A DNA stretch of 63,778 nucleotides, the filler included, from Octopus bimaculoides (taxonomy: Eukaryota): the NCBI RefSeq assembly GCF_001194135.2. It is 7 parts of 7 records of this genome, joined end to end, with 100 filler letters (N's around TTAATTAATTAA, not from the genome) between each part and the next. Parts side by side here need not be neighbours in the genome. Positions count along the whole stretch, not along the records: positions 12,329 to 34,372 come from NC_068998.1; positions 34,473 to 43,163 come from NC_068984.1; 5 more parts are not named here. One strand, written 5' to 3'. Numbering within the stretch: the first letter of the stretch is position 1; each line of letters begins with the position of its first letter. The translations under genes were made by a program, and so were the position numbers. The notes under the pieces are model-generated. The model was not told the DNA's origin and did not search any database. It worked only from the letters and a program-made list of their open reading frames with translations. This document shows positions 23,416-35,497 of the stretch, piece by piece.

Positions 23416-26218
23416 TTTATATATATATATATGTGTGTGTTCGTATGTATATATGAGTGAGTTTTGACGTGGCTATGTATATAAATATACATACATGAAC
23501 CTATGGGAGTAAATGTGGATTTGTTTGTGTGTATTTATGAGTATACACGTAAGTATAAATGATTATATACACTCATCTCAATATTTTTGTAGAAACACAA
23601 GATTAAACCCATTTATAATGACTTTTTATTACATAACATTCCTCTCCAATTTTTATCGGATTTATATCAGCCTATCTTCTCCTAACTCTACACTCTGAAT
23701 TTTCTTTCTCTTTTTTTCTTTTTTCTTTTCTTTTTTTCTTCCCTTCTTGTCCNNNNNNNNNNNNNNNNNNNNNNNNNNNNNNNNNNNNNNNNNNNNNNNN
23801 NNNNNNNNNNNNNNNNNNNNNNNNNNNNNNNNNNNNNNNNNNNNNNNNNNNNNNNNNNNNNNNNNNNNNNNNNNNNNNNNNNNNNNNNNNNNNNNNNNNN
23901 NNNNNNNNNNNNNNNNNNNNNNNNNNNNNNNNNNNNNNNNNNNNNNNNNNNNNNNNNNNNNNNNNNNNNNNNNNNNNNNNNNNNNNNNNNNNNNNNNNNN
24001 NNNNNNNNNNNNNNNNNNNNNNNNNNNNNNNNNNNNNNNNNNNNNNNNNNNNNNNNNNNNNNNNNNNNNNNNNNNNNNNNNNNNNNNNNNNNNNNNNNNN
24101 NNNNNNNNNNNNNNNNNNNNNNNNNNNNNNNNNNNNNNNNNNNNNNNNNNNNNNNNNNNNNNNNNNNNNNTATATATATATATCTGTCTATATATCTTTT
24201 TATCTATGTATCTGTCTATATATCTATCTTTTTATCTCTATCTATATATTTATATATCTATCTTTTTATCTCTATCTATATATCTATATATCTGTCTATA
24301 TATCTATCTGTCTGCCTATTTATCTTTCTGTCTGTCTGTCTATTTATCTGTGTCTTTCTGTCTGTGTGTCTGTTTGAATAATGTTTTTTCATCTCTTTCA
24401 CATTTCCATTTTTATCAACAACCATTGCCAACAGATGAAACAGTATTCTGGTGTTTCATAGCTCCCTACTCTTACTCTCACCCATAGGAATTTTATTTTT
24501 GGCCGTAACTTTTATATTTTCTATACAATTTTAATGAAATTTGAGATGTAGGTAAATTTTGTGGTGTGGGAGACGGTAAAGGTGTTTACTTAATTGAAAA
24601 GGGCACAAATACAAATAAGCATTTCCTTAGAGACATTCTTATCGATTTTGTAGAAATTTTACACATGATAACAGTTCATGTCCATTAGTTGACGCCAGCA
24701 TGTAGAGTTGACAAAAAGAAAATCAATAATTGTGTATGAGCAGGGTATTTTAAGAAATGAATAGGCTTTTTGTATGCAATTACCCATAGGATTAATATTT
24801 TATGTTGTAACTTTTACAGAATTCATCCGATTTTGATGAAACTTAACATTTAGGTAAAGTTTATGTATGTATATTTATATATGTGTATACATGTATGTAT
24901 ATCTATGTATATATATATGTATGTATGTGTGTATGTATTTGCGTGGCACCTTGGACAAGTGTCTTCTGCTATAGCCTCGGGCTGACCAAAGTCTTGTGAG
25001 TGGATTTGGTAGACGGAAACTGAAAGAAGCCCGTCATATATATATATATATANNNNNNNNNNNNNNNNNNNNNNNNNNNNNNNNNNNNNNNNNNNNNNNN
25101 NNNNNNNNNNNNNNNNNNNNNNNNNNNNNNNNNNNNNNNNNNNNNNNNNNNNNNNNNNNNNNNNNNNNNNNNNNNNNNNNNNNNNNNNNNNNNNNNNNNN
25201 NNNNNNNNNNNNNNNNNNNNNNNNNNNNNNNNNNNNNNNNNNNNNNNNNNNNNNNNNNNNNNNNNNNNNNNNNNNNNNNNNNNNNNNNNNNNNNNNNNNN
25301 NNNNNNNNNNNNNNNNNNNNNTATATATATATATATTTATATACATACATATTTATATATTTGTGTGTCTATGTCGTCGTCCCCCCACAAAAAAAAAAGC
25401 ATTGTTTGACAACCAATGGTGGTGTGTTTACATCTCCGTAACCTAGCGGTTCGGCAGAAGAGACCAGTAGTATATGTACTAGGCTTATAAAGTCCTGGGG
25501 ACAATTTTTTCGACAAATGGCAGTGCTCCAGCACGGCCGCATTCAAGTGACTGAAACAAGGGAAAGAAAAATATACATATGTAGTTGTCTCCCTCTTGTC
25601 AGCCTGGATGAAAAGCATTACAGTTGTGATCATTGCATTTTTTTTATTTAAGAATAATGGAACTTGAGCTATTAACTGCAACCTTACATTTTAAAGATAA
25701 AAGCATATGATTAATTGATATTTTGTCAGTCATATTATGTGTCCACTGATGGCAGTGATGGACTGTATTCTTTGTGCTTGAAAATTGTCTTTGCCAGACA
25801 TCCCATTGCAGCTGTGGGTAATGAGATACAATAAAGTATGTTGGTCCTTGAGCCTCATTTCTTGTCTCGTTCCATGATCTCAACACTATATCTTAATTTT
25901 GAGAAGAATGCTGTGTTTTTTCTCTATATCATGTGAGGCATTGATCACTTAGGTAGTGTTTTATACTTATGACTCCCTGAAGGTTATGTAGTTCTTGGAA
26001 ACATACCAACACCTTAGTAATCCAACACTCTTGACTTTCATTTTCATTCCTGCAACCCATACAGATGTTAAATAATGATGGTGGTTGTGGCGTAACAACT
26101 AGATTTTTATCTTGTAAATGATATAGTCTTCCTGTGTGTAGGTGCTCTTAAAATATTTTTGTGATCTCATGATCTAAAACAGTAAGAAAAATATACTCAA
26201 ATTATTTATGAAGCACAT

Positions 26219-26476
26219 TTAACCCTTTTAGCATTCAGATTACTCTGTCAAATGTAATGCTTATTTATCCCCATTGTTTTGAATAAATTGTGCATTATCT
26301 TGTAGCTTCAAGATTTTGTTGTTGATGATGTCATTATTTTTATTTGGTATGACATAGTCAAGGTATTAGAAGCCAGATGTGGCTGGTTTGAACAAAGAAA
26401 CAGATAAAATATTTGAGCCAAATATTGCTGCTTTCAAGGTAAATTTGAATGAAGTTATCTAAGCAAAAGAGGTTAA
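26219..26476. mobile_element. piggyBac-like MITE
   Basis: TTAAcccttttagc ... gcaaaagaggTTAA terminal inverted repeats. Confidence 0.6.
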
Positions 26477-26605
26477 TGGTAGAGAATTACATGTTTACAT
26501 AATGTCGAATATTAGAATGTCTTAATGTTTGTTTATAGAGTTGCTTCATTCTCCCCTCTTTGCTGCTATTATTGTCCTCTGAGTCTATTGTTTCTTCATT
26601 TACAG

Positions 26606-26661
26606 CTCAACGTGTGGAGGAAGAAAAGCTGACAGTCAAATGTGTACCAACGTCTTTCCAG
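26606..26661 (+). CDS. RPIA: RPIA internal exon ((A)QRVEEEKLTVKCVPTSFQ)
   Basis: tttacAG acceptor and GT donor 26662; 56 nt, phase 1 to 0, in frame with the previous exon; VPTSFQ motif of RpiA. Confidence 0.96.
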
Positions 26662-26794
26662 GTTAAATTGCTTCTACCTCAGTATCAATAATAACACCGT
26701 TTATTTATTTATTTATTTTTTTTAACTATTATCAACCACGTATTACTTACTGTATATGCTTTGTGTATTTGCTGTGAGTTATCTTGCCTATGGT

Positions 26795-27258
26795 GGAGGC
26801 GCAATGGCCCAGTGGTTAGGGCAGCGGACTCGCAATCATAGGATCGCGGTTTCGATTCCCAGACCGGGCGTTGTGAGTGTTTATTGAGCAAAAACACCTA
26901 AAAGTTCCAGGAGGCTCCGGCAGGGAATGGTGGCAAACCCTGCTGTACTCTTTCACCACAACTTTCTCTCAGTGCCTGTNNNNNNNNNNAAACACCTAAA
27001 AGTTCCAGGAGGCTCCGGCAGGGAATGGTGGCAAACCCTGCTGTACTCTTTCACCACAACTTTCTCTCAGTGCCTGTATTTCAAAGGGCCAGCCTTGTCA
27101 CACTGTGTCACGCTGAATATCCCCAAGAACTACATTAAGGGTACACGTGTCTGTGGAGTGCTCAGCCACTTGCACGTTAATTTCACGAGCAGGCTGTTCC
27201 GTTGATTGGATCAACTGGAACCCTCGACGTCGTAAGTGACGGAGTGCCAACAACAACA
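26795..27258 (+). mobile_element. SINE family A (about 90 bp duplicated across a 10-N gap)
   Basis: Full head and tail; 26890-26979 is repeated at 26990-27078. Confidence 0.9.
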
Positions 27259-27819
27259 AAAATCTTGCCTATGATTTTCAGGTGTTTTAACAGTTGGTGC
27301 TTTGAGAGAGTATTCTCCACCTCACCAAATCACAGCCTACTGGTAAATACACAAAGCATATACATTAAGTGTATGTGGCTGATAATGTTCATTACACTAG
27401 CACCGTTTCTATTTCATATTTGACTTTATTTATTTTAGTATAAAATCTATATTAGCTCCATATGTGGTGGAGGTGAAATAATTGATTGGATAAAATATTG
27501 GACAACCAACATGCAGGTTACAAATTCAAATCCACTGCAAGTATTTTGTTATGCTTCTGGACAGCTCATTTCATTTTATTTTCTGTTGTCACTGTCAAGC
27601 TGGCTAACAGGAATAGATACCTGAATGTTGGAAACAAATCACTAAGGCTGATTACCAGTTGATGCAGTATACATCTAGATCATGAAAAGCCAACCAATCG
27701 ATCCTTTGACTTTCATGTATCAAAAATATTCATATTTACTCCCTTTACTTATAAAATTAATCTAAGAGAGTTACAAGCAGCTGAGTTGATAGAATACCAG
27801 CATATGGTTCTCTTTTATC

Positions 27820-28050
27820 TTTTTTCTTTTACTTGTTTCAGTCATTAGACTGCAGCCATGCTAGGAACATACAAACACAGACATAAAGACACACATGCAT
27901 GCATGCACACATAAACTCTCACACACACACACACACACACACATATTACAGGCTTCTTTCAGATTCCGTCTACCAAATCCCATACAGTGGGAATGAACCC
28001 AGAACCATGCAGTTGTAAAGCAAGCTTCTTATTGCACAGTCATGCCTGCA
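27820..28050 (-). mobile_element. SINE family C, internally shortened
   Basis: Reverse complement of the tail (ttcttttacttgtttcagtcattagactgcagccatgct) and head (gaacccagaaccatg..aagcttctt). Confidence 0.75.
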
Positions 28051-28792
28051 CCTATTAAAGAAATAATGATTCCGATTTTGTCAATAGTAATGTACTAGGT
28101 CACTGGAGGAGATAATTAGCATTACTCGCTAGCTCTATTCATATAGCTTTAATTAGGTATCACTAAGAGCTGCAGTAGACCTTTGTGAGCTCTAAGAACA
28201 CTAATGAGTATTTTGTTATGATTTAATGCTTGACTTAAATCATCCCATGCAAGTGGGGGAGAGGTTATTGAAGAACCTGTTTTGCATGTCCTTTGAAAAT
28301 AAATAGATTGTGGAGTATTAATGCTTTTATTGCTCATTATATTTTAGAACTATTCTGTTATTTTATTTTATAGTATGAACAAGTTGAAAGGTGTTTCAGG
28401 TCAAATTATCTATAGAAAATGAAAAATAAATATTGTAGTGGGGAGATATTAAGGCAGTGAGCTGGCAGGATTGTTAGCAGCATTTTGTCTGTCTCTATGT
28501 TCTGAGTTCAAATTCTGCCATAGTTGACTTTGACTTACAACATTTCAAACTCAATGAAATAAATACCACTTGAGCACTGGGTTCAATCTAATCGACTTAT
28601 CCCTTCCTCTGAAATTGCTGGCCTTTTTGCCAAAAGTAGAAACCAATATAATAGTGAGATGTAGATTCAACTGTAGTCTGTTGATTAAACATTTGTGTGT
28701 ATATGTGTGAGTGTGTAAGCAAGAAGAATCACTTCTGATCTTAACGTTAGTGATAGAGTAGAATACCCCCCCCACACACACACACACACACA

Positions 28793-29404
28793 AGCCCTTC
28801 ATCACCCTTAAAGACTTTAAAGACAGTTTTAACAGAAACCCTAAATGTAGATTGATGAACCCAACTGAAACAGAAATAAGTATAATTAGCAAAAATATCC
28901 TAGATTCAGTTGTAGATAAATTAAGTAGGGCCTTAAATTTACACCTTTGGAGCAATAGTGAGTTGTTTATAAACTGGTTTAAAATCATTAGAGGTAAGAA
29001 CAACTGTAAATTAACACAGTTTGACAGTAGATTTTTACCTGTCTGTATTCAGACTTATATTCCTTAGAACACTAAATTTTGCCAGGAAATACATACCTAT
29101 TGGTGACCCCGTCGAAATCATTTTACATGCCAAGAAAGCTCTACCCTTTTTTGAAGAATCAACCTGGGTCAAAAAGAATGGAGACCCTTATTTGATGTGT
29201 CAATGGGTGCACATGATGAGGCAGAATTGTGCATGCTTGTAGGCATCTATATTTTATGCAGCTTAGCTCAATCTCCTTCATTAAATGCTGGATTATATAA
29301 GAATGATGGCCTGATAGGCACATGAGATATGAAGGGGCTTGAACTTGACAACCTCTGGAAGAATCTTATTGCATTCTTCTAAAGAATGGGCTTTAGAATT
29401 ACTA
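28793..29404 (+). mobile_element. Penelope-like reverse transcriptase fragment
   Basis: KPFITLKDFKDSFNRNPKCRLMNP, TWVKKNGDP-FDVSMGAHDEAELCMLVGIYIL, GLYKNDGL (YRDDG-type PLE RT motifs); frameshifted. Confidence 0.85.
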
Positions 29405-29929
29405 TACGAGGTTTGATCAATAGGTATCTGCACTGTTGCCATAGTAATGAAGTTAGAGCATGCAGAATGAAACCACTTGACAAAGATTGACCTTGAACTC
29501 TGCTGTGCATGTGCACTAAGTTTTATCATTCTAGTTCACTTCCACTGTTTACAGCAGTTCTTGGAAGGAACATGTGTAGCGTGTGATCGTCACATTGACC
29601 ATGACAGAGAAAGTTGTCATGGTGATACCTGCTCAAAGGCCTATGCAAAATTGCAGAAAGTGTATGGGGAGCAGTGTATGAGTGGTCGAGACATTTCCAT
29701 GATGGCCGAAAAATGTTGATATTGACAAATGATCTGAGAGACCTGCACCCAGCAGAACTGAGAAAAACGTTGTATATATGTGTATAGCTGCAAGGGGAAA
29801 TTGTCGAATCATGATCTATGAGTTATCAGAAGATGTGCAGATTAGTTACAGTTTAGTTCAGTCCATTAGCACTGAAGATTTGGGTATGAGATGCGTAGCT
29901 GCCAAGTTTGTGCCAAAAATGCTTTCTTA

Positions 29930-30200
29930 TTTCTTTATTGCCCACAAGGGCTTTACTCTCGTTCGACACAGCAGCTGCAGGCTGGAAGAGGCCTCATGAA
30001 AAGCCCCACACCAGATGGCTGGACATGATTGGGGAAGATCTCCAGAGACTCAACATCACCTTGGAGGATGCAGAGGGGCTGGCATGGGACCGGCAGCAAC
30101 GGAGAGCACTGGTGGACCTGGTCAGCTCTGCGCATGATGACATTTCTGGGACCACAAACCTGGGATGACTGCAGCACTATGAAGCAAGCAAGCATTCACA
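29930..30200 (+). mobile_element. RTE-clade LINE 3' end
   Basis: GWKRPHEKPHTRWLDMIGEDLQRLNITLEDAEGLAWDRQQRRALV, typical of RTE C-termini. Confidence 0.75.
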
Positions 30201-30264
30201 TCATATTCAACTGAATTATCTTTCTTAAAGGCAGCATGATATTCCTATCAGCACAAGCTTGTTT

Positions 30265-30468
30265 ATATACATTTTACCAAACAAGGACAGACAAAGGGAT
30301 TAAGTCGATTACATCGACCCCAGTGTGTAATTGGTACTTAATTTATCGACCCCGAAAGGATGAAAGGCAAAGTCGACTACGGCAGAATTTGAACTCAGAA
30401 CGTAACGGCAGACGAAATACGGCTAAGCATTTCGCCCAGCGTGTTAACGTTTCTGCCAGCTCGCTGCC
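30265..30468 (-). mobile_element. SINE family B, CpG-intact copy
   Basis: Reverse complement of ggcagcgagctggcagaaacgttaacacgctgggcgaaatgcttagccg. Confidence 0.9.
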
Positions 30469-31176
30469 TTGTCAAAACTGCTTTCTACTGCTTTCTGCTT
30501 TGGTCAGTAGAAAGCCAAAACTGCTTTCTACTGACCAAAAAGACACCTGGGTATCAGTTGCACAAGATCTTCTTGATTGTGTCAAATGTTTTGAAAACTT
30601 TGTGTAGGCCTCTGAGCAGGTATCGCCAAGCTTTTGGCGAAATTTGATGCAGACTCTCTGCTCAAATTTCTCTGTCATGGTCAATCACACACTACACACC
30701 TTCCTTCCAAGCACTGTTGTAAACAGCAGAAGTGAACTAGAATGTTAAAACTTAGTGCGCTTGCATGACAGAGTTCAAGGTCAATTTGTGCCAAGCAGCT
30801 TCATTCTGCGTGCTTTAGCTTCATTACTATGGCAATAGTAAAAATAACTTTCTCATTATTAGACTAGGCTCTCGAACGAATCAGCATAAAATTTTGATGG
30901 AAGATTATAACTTAGCCCACTTTAGAACTGTAAGCTTATGTCATAGAACCTGAGGCTGTCTCAGGCAGATAGGTATCAAAAAGCTTAAAAAGTTGGGAAC
31001 ACAGTGGTTTTCCCATTTTTTATTCTTGTCACATGAATAATCTTTGTATCAGCATGTTTTTGTGGTTAATTAGCATTATCAATAAAATTACAATAAAGTG
31101 ACTCGTAAAACGAAAATTGTACAAAACCTTATTGTTTTATTTAACACATTTTATGTATCTTTTATCTTAATTTCAG

Positions 31177-31236
31177 TCTCGCCAACTAATTATGCAAGCA
31201 AATTTACCACTTAGTGATTTGGAGAGAACACCTGAG
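31177..31236 (+). CDS. RPIA: RPIA internal exon (SRQLIMQANLPLSDLERTPE)
   Basis: tttcAG acceptor and GTAATA donor 31237; 60 nt, phase 0 to 0; resembles the ARQLI..LSDL.R.PE segment of eukaryotic RpiA. Confidence 0.95.
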
Positions 31237-31745
31237 GTAATATTTGATATTTTAAATGCATGTTAGATTTGAGCTTTGAACTTTCATCATCATCATTTTA
31301 ACATCCACTTTCCCATGCTAGTATGGGTCAGACAGAATTTGTTGAGGATTCTTTTCCTGTCACCAATCCTTACCTGCTTGCAAGTAAGATAACATGTCCC
31401 TTTGACCAAAAAGGACTCTATCTGCATGACAGTGACACTTGTTTTTAACTATCAAGGAGACAATAACACATGCACACACATACATACACACATATATCTT
31501 GGGCTCCTTTCCATTTCCATCTACTACATCCACTTAAAAGGCTCTGGTCAGCCTTGGGTTATAGTGGAGGATACTTGCCTATGGTACTATGAAACCAAAA
31601 CCATGTTGTTGGGAAGCAAGCATTTTACCACACAGCCATACCTGCACCTATGAATGATTATTGGGGAGGAAAGAACAAAAGGACTAACAAAGGCCAACTT
31701 TTGATGATGTTGACCTTTTCAGTGGTTCTTATATGCTATACTTGT

Positions 31746-32123
31746 GGAGGCGCAATGGCCCAGTGGTTAGGGCAACGGATTCGCGGTCATAGGATCGCGG
31801 TTTCGATTCCCAGACCGGGCGTTGTGAGTGTTATTGAGCGAAAACACTTAAAGTTCCACGAGGCTCCGGCAGGGGATGGTGGCGAACCCTGCTGTACTCT
31901 TCCACCACAACTTTCTCTCACTCTTACTTCCTGTTTCTGTTGTGCCTGTAATTCAAAGGGTCAGCCTTGTCACATTGTGTCATGCTAAATATCCCCGAGA
32001 ACTACATTAAGGGTACATGTGTCTGTGGAGTGCTCAGCCACTTACATGTTAATTTCACGAGCAGGCTGTTCCGTTGATCGGATCAACTGGAACCCTCGTC
32101 GTCGTAAGCGACGGAGTGCCAAC
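31746..32123 (+). mobile_element. SINE family A, full length, CpG-intact
   Basis: Complete head, body and tail. Confidence 0.92.
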
Positions 32124-32176
32124 ACACGCATAGATGAAATTATGAATGGAAGGATTGGTATTTAGTATATTACTGT

Positions 32177-32480
32177 TGTGGAGGCACATGGCTTAGTGGT
32201 TAGAGCAGCAGACTCGGGATCGCGGGTTCAAATCTCAGACCGGGCGATGTGTGTGTTTATGAGCGAAAAACATAAACTCCACGTGGCTCCGGCAGAAGGT
32301 AATGGTGAACTTCTGGCTCTTTCGCCACAACTTTCTTCCACTCTTTCCTCCTACACCTAGCAGTTCACCTGCGATGGACCGGCGTCCAGTCTGCGAAAAT
32401 TTTTTCCCACGAGAGTTCCGGACCCCAGTTATGAACTCATTTGCATGCAACCAACCAGAGCTCAACTATCAAACTAATTT
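32177..32480 (+). mobile_element. SINE related to family A (distinct subfamily)
   Basis: ggaggcacatggcttagtggttagagcagc head and a parallel body (gagcgaaaaaca..ctccacg..gctccggcag) with a different 3' part. Confidence 0.7.
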
Positions 32481-34054
32481 ATGAGTGCATAACAAGTGAT
32501 GGGCGATAAGATAAGGTTACTTGGGTAAGGAATGACCATGCCACTTTTCTCTTCTGAGAATGCTTGTTGTTCTTACCGTGGAATCTGCCTTATATTTATG
32601 TACATGTGTGTGTGTACCCATGTTTTAATATTGTGTGATTGTAAACAAGTGTCACCATCATACAAGCAATGATGTTTACATTCTTCGTTGGTTTGGAGAC
32701 AAAAGTATCTAGCTGCAGGAACTTGCTTCAACAAATTCCATTTGACCCATGCAAGTATGTGGGAATGTAGATGCTAAGCAATGTTGGTAGTGGTGGCAGT
32801 GGTGGTGGTTCTTCTCCATCTTTCCTTCCTTCCTTTCTTCCCCTCCAACCTCACTGAAAGCAAGTGTCTTAACCAGTGCTGTGATTGGTCAATGAGCAAA
32901 ATGATATTTAGACTAGTTGCATTGACACTGTTGTTGTATGTTCTTTCTTAATTAATCTCGAACTTGTGTCAGTTCTAGATGATACTTGATATTTATTAGT
33001 CAATGTTGTTGTGGACGTAGATGAAAGCAGCTACCACCCATCCTGTGACCCAGCTTTGTTGGCTACTTGTTCTTGCTCATATACTGCACTAGATGAAACC
33101 AACACAAGCTCGTTTATATACATTTTACCATCTGACAATCCTCCTCCTCCACGGCACCATCATCATCATATCTGTCTTTCATGCTGGCATGGATTGGATG
33201 GTTTGACATGGGCAGGAATAAGATTCCAGAGGACCAATGTTTTTTTTTGGGGGGGGGGGACTATTTGTCTGAGCCCTGAGTAAAGTAGGTTGGACACAAC
33301 ATGAGTGAAGGTTAGAGGGATAAGTGAAATTGGAATACCTGGAGGAGGCACTAGACCAGCCAATTCCAAGGAACATAGTTCATTATAGTAGCAAAAGTTG
33401 TTGAATGATTGATGACTGCACACCACCACATTTCTAACTTGGTTTAAATTTCCTTGTTTGTTCTCTTATATATATGTGTGCGTCTGGCTATTGAAAAAAT
33501 TTCTTGCTTGGAAATAGGTGAGTGTTGGTGACAGGAACGGCATCCAGCCATAGGAAATCCACTTCACCAAATTTCATCTGATCTGTGTGAGTTGGGAAAC
33601 ATGGATGTTATGGTGGTGATGTGTATATTATAAAAACACACAAATGTCAAGATAAAAGTTATCGTTATTAATGTTAATACTCTGGGAATTAGAAATATCT
33701 TCAACGTGTAAATCCTTCAGAAAGAAAGAAAGAACAGAACAAAGGAGTAAAAAAGAAGAAGGAAAAGCTGGGAAAAGGGTGTGGAAACATTCTGAATCAT
33801 TTCAGTGACATTTTGAAATCATCTGGATGTGACATTGAAGAAAGTAATTTAATTCATAGAAGAATGGGAGTGGAGATAGAATGTGACCATAATTTTAGTG
33901 CATGGGTATATTATGTGTCAGCATGCAAAAGGTGTTCAAGTGTGTGTGTGTATACATACATACATATGTATTTATATATGTCTACATATGTATTTATATG
34001 TATGTGTATGTATGTATATGCATGTATGTATATATATACATATATATACATATA

Positions 34055-34190
34055 GGAAGAGCATCCAGCTGTAGAAACTCTGCCAAATCAGACTGGAGCC
34101 TGGTGTTGCCATCCGGTTTCACCAGTCCTCAGTCAAATCGTCCAACCCATGCTAGCATGGAAAGCGGACGTTAAACAATGATGATGATGA
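34055..34190 (+). mobile_element. RTE-type 3' tail ending in (GAT)n
   Basis: gcatccagctgtagaaactc..catggaaagcggacgttaaacaatgatgatg; 2 mismatches to the 58945-59123 copy over about 130 bp. Confidence 0.8.
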
Positions 34191-34197
34191 TATATAT

Positions 34198-34372
34198 ACC
34201 CCTTCAGGTAGATGGCCCTGCTCAGTATGCAGTAAAGGAGTAGGTAGTAACTCTATAAGATGTACCCGGTGCAAGCTATGGACACATAAGAGGTGCAGCA
34301 ATATCAAAGGCAGATTAACTACAAAGTTAGTCTTTGTATGTGGCAGATGTTCAGGTGCAATAAACACTGTAA
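34198..34372 (+). mobile_element. LINE (probably RTE-type) PHD-finger fragment
   Basis: PSGRWPCSVCSKGVGSNSIRCTRCKLWTHKRCSNIKGRL..FVCGRC; truncated by the scaffold linker. Confidence 0.7.
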
Positions 34373-34472
34373 NNNNNNNNNNNNNNNNNNNNNNNNNNNN
34401 NNNNNNNNNNNNNNNNTTAATTAATTAANNNNNNNNNNNNNNNNNNNNNNNNNNNNNNNNNNNNNNNNNNNN
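34373..34472. other. Artificial scaffold linker
   Basis: Same N-TTAATTAATTAA-N block. Confidence 0.95.
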
Positions 34473-35497
34473 ATTCTAGACCTTGCTTCCACACCTGAAA
34501 CTTCTCCTCTAGTTCTGATAATTAAAGATATTAAATTCAAAAGCAGCTTACTTGCTATATCTAGCATTCCACTAAATGTTTATTCCTCTTCCACTGTACT
34601 AGAAAGCAATGATCAATGATCTTAATGATAAAGTGGAGAAATTATCATTTTACAATAGACAATTTACCTTATTTCTACAAAAAATAATCCTAAATACTGG
34701 TACAAGTAAAAATCATAAAAACTGGACTTCATAATTCAAAGTATGATTTGTTATTCAATATTATAACTAAATTAATTATCTCACCACAGTGCTTCTTCTT
34801 TTGTTACAGTTCATTAGAGAGCACTCTTTCAGTGCATAAGCATCTGTGCTGGTGCCACATAAATGTGCCCATGCTAGTGCCATGTAAATGCCAGCATGGA
34901 GAACGAACATTAAAAGATGATGATGATGATGAGAGACTGTAACAGATTCACTTGCAAAGCAATCTATTATTAGAAATGCTGTAGAATGCACTATGGAAAA
35001 GCCTGGAAAATAATTAACAAAGGAGTTGTAAGCAAAAGATAGGTGGAAAGAATTTTTTAAAAAGGCAGAAAACAACACTGTGAAGAGAAGTAATTGTATT
35101 GTTACTATTTAAATTTGATATTTTTATAATTTGGATTTTTACTCTTGAGTCAGGTTTTTTTTCCAAGCCTGATGTATGTGAGTGGCACCCCTGAACCGCA
35201 ATTTCACTGCTATCTTTCTAAATATTATTCTCTCTTTTCTAAATATTCAGTCTAAATTTATCAGATTACCTTAGAAAACTCAAGTAGCCAAGATAACATG
35301 AAATCTCCATTTGCCTTGAAGTTCATATTTTGTAACAAGGGAACACTACTTGGTCACTAAATTTACCATGCCTGAAAAAGACAGGATAGTTTTAGCTGGT
35401 AAACCTTTTATTGTGAGCCTACTTAATTAAAGATGACCCACAATTTTCCAATAAATAAAAAAAATCACCACAGTATTTCTAATTTTTTATCATTATT

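Larger units (their letters stand above)
29405..30838 (+). mobile_element. mariner derivative: 5' half plus an inverted copy of its own 5' end, interrupted by RTE and SINE inserts
   Basis: TA|cgaggtttgatcaataggtatc terminus; KLQKVYGEQCMS, LGMRCVAAKFVPK..LLSTDQK; 30606-30838 is the reverse complement of about 29430-29645. Confidence 0.85.

Noticed and set aside
26890-27078. About 90-bp direct repeat inside SINE A
   Set aside because: Identical copies on both sides of a 10-N gap; unmerged contig overlap.
32830-33130. Possible LINE endonuclease fragment on the minus strand
   Set aside because: Only vague motif similarity with many stops.
33690-33790. Possible decayed HHR or pseudo-LTR (ctgaagga-tttacacgttg plus purine run)
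   Set aside because: GAAA and stem II are missing; cannot be supported.
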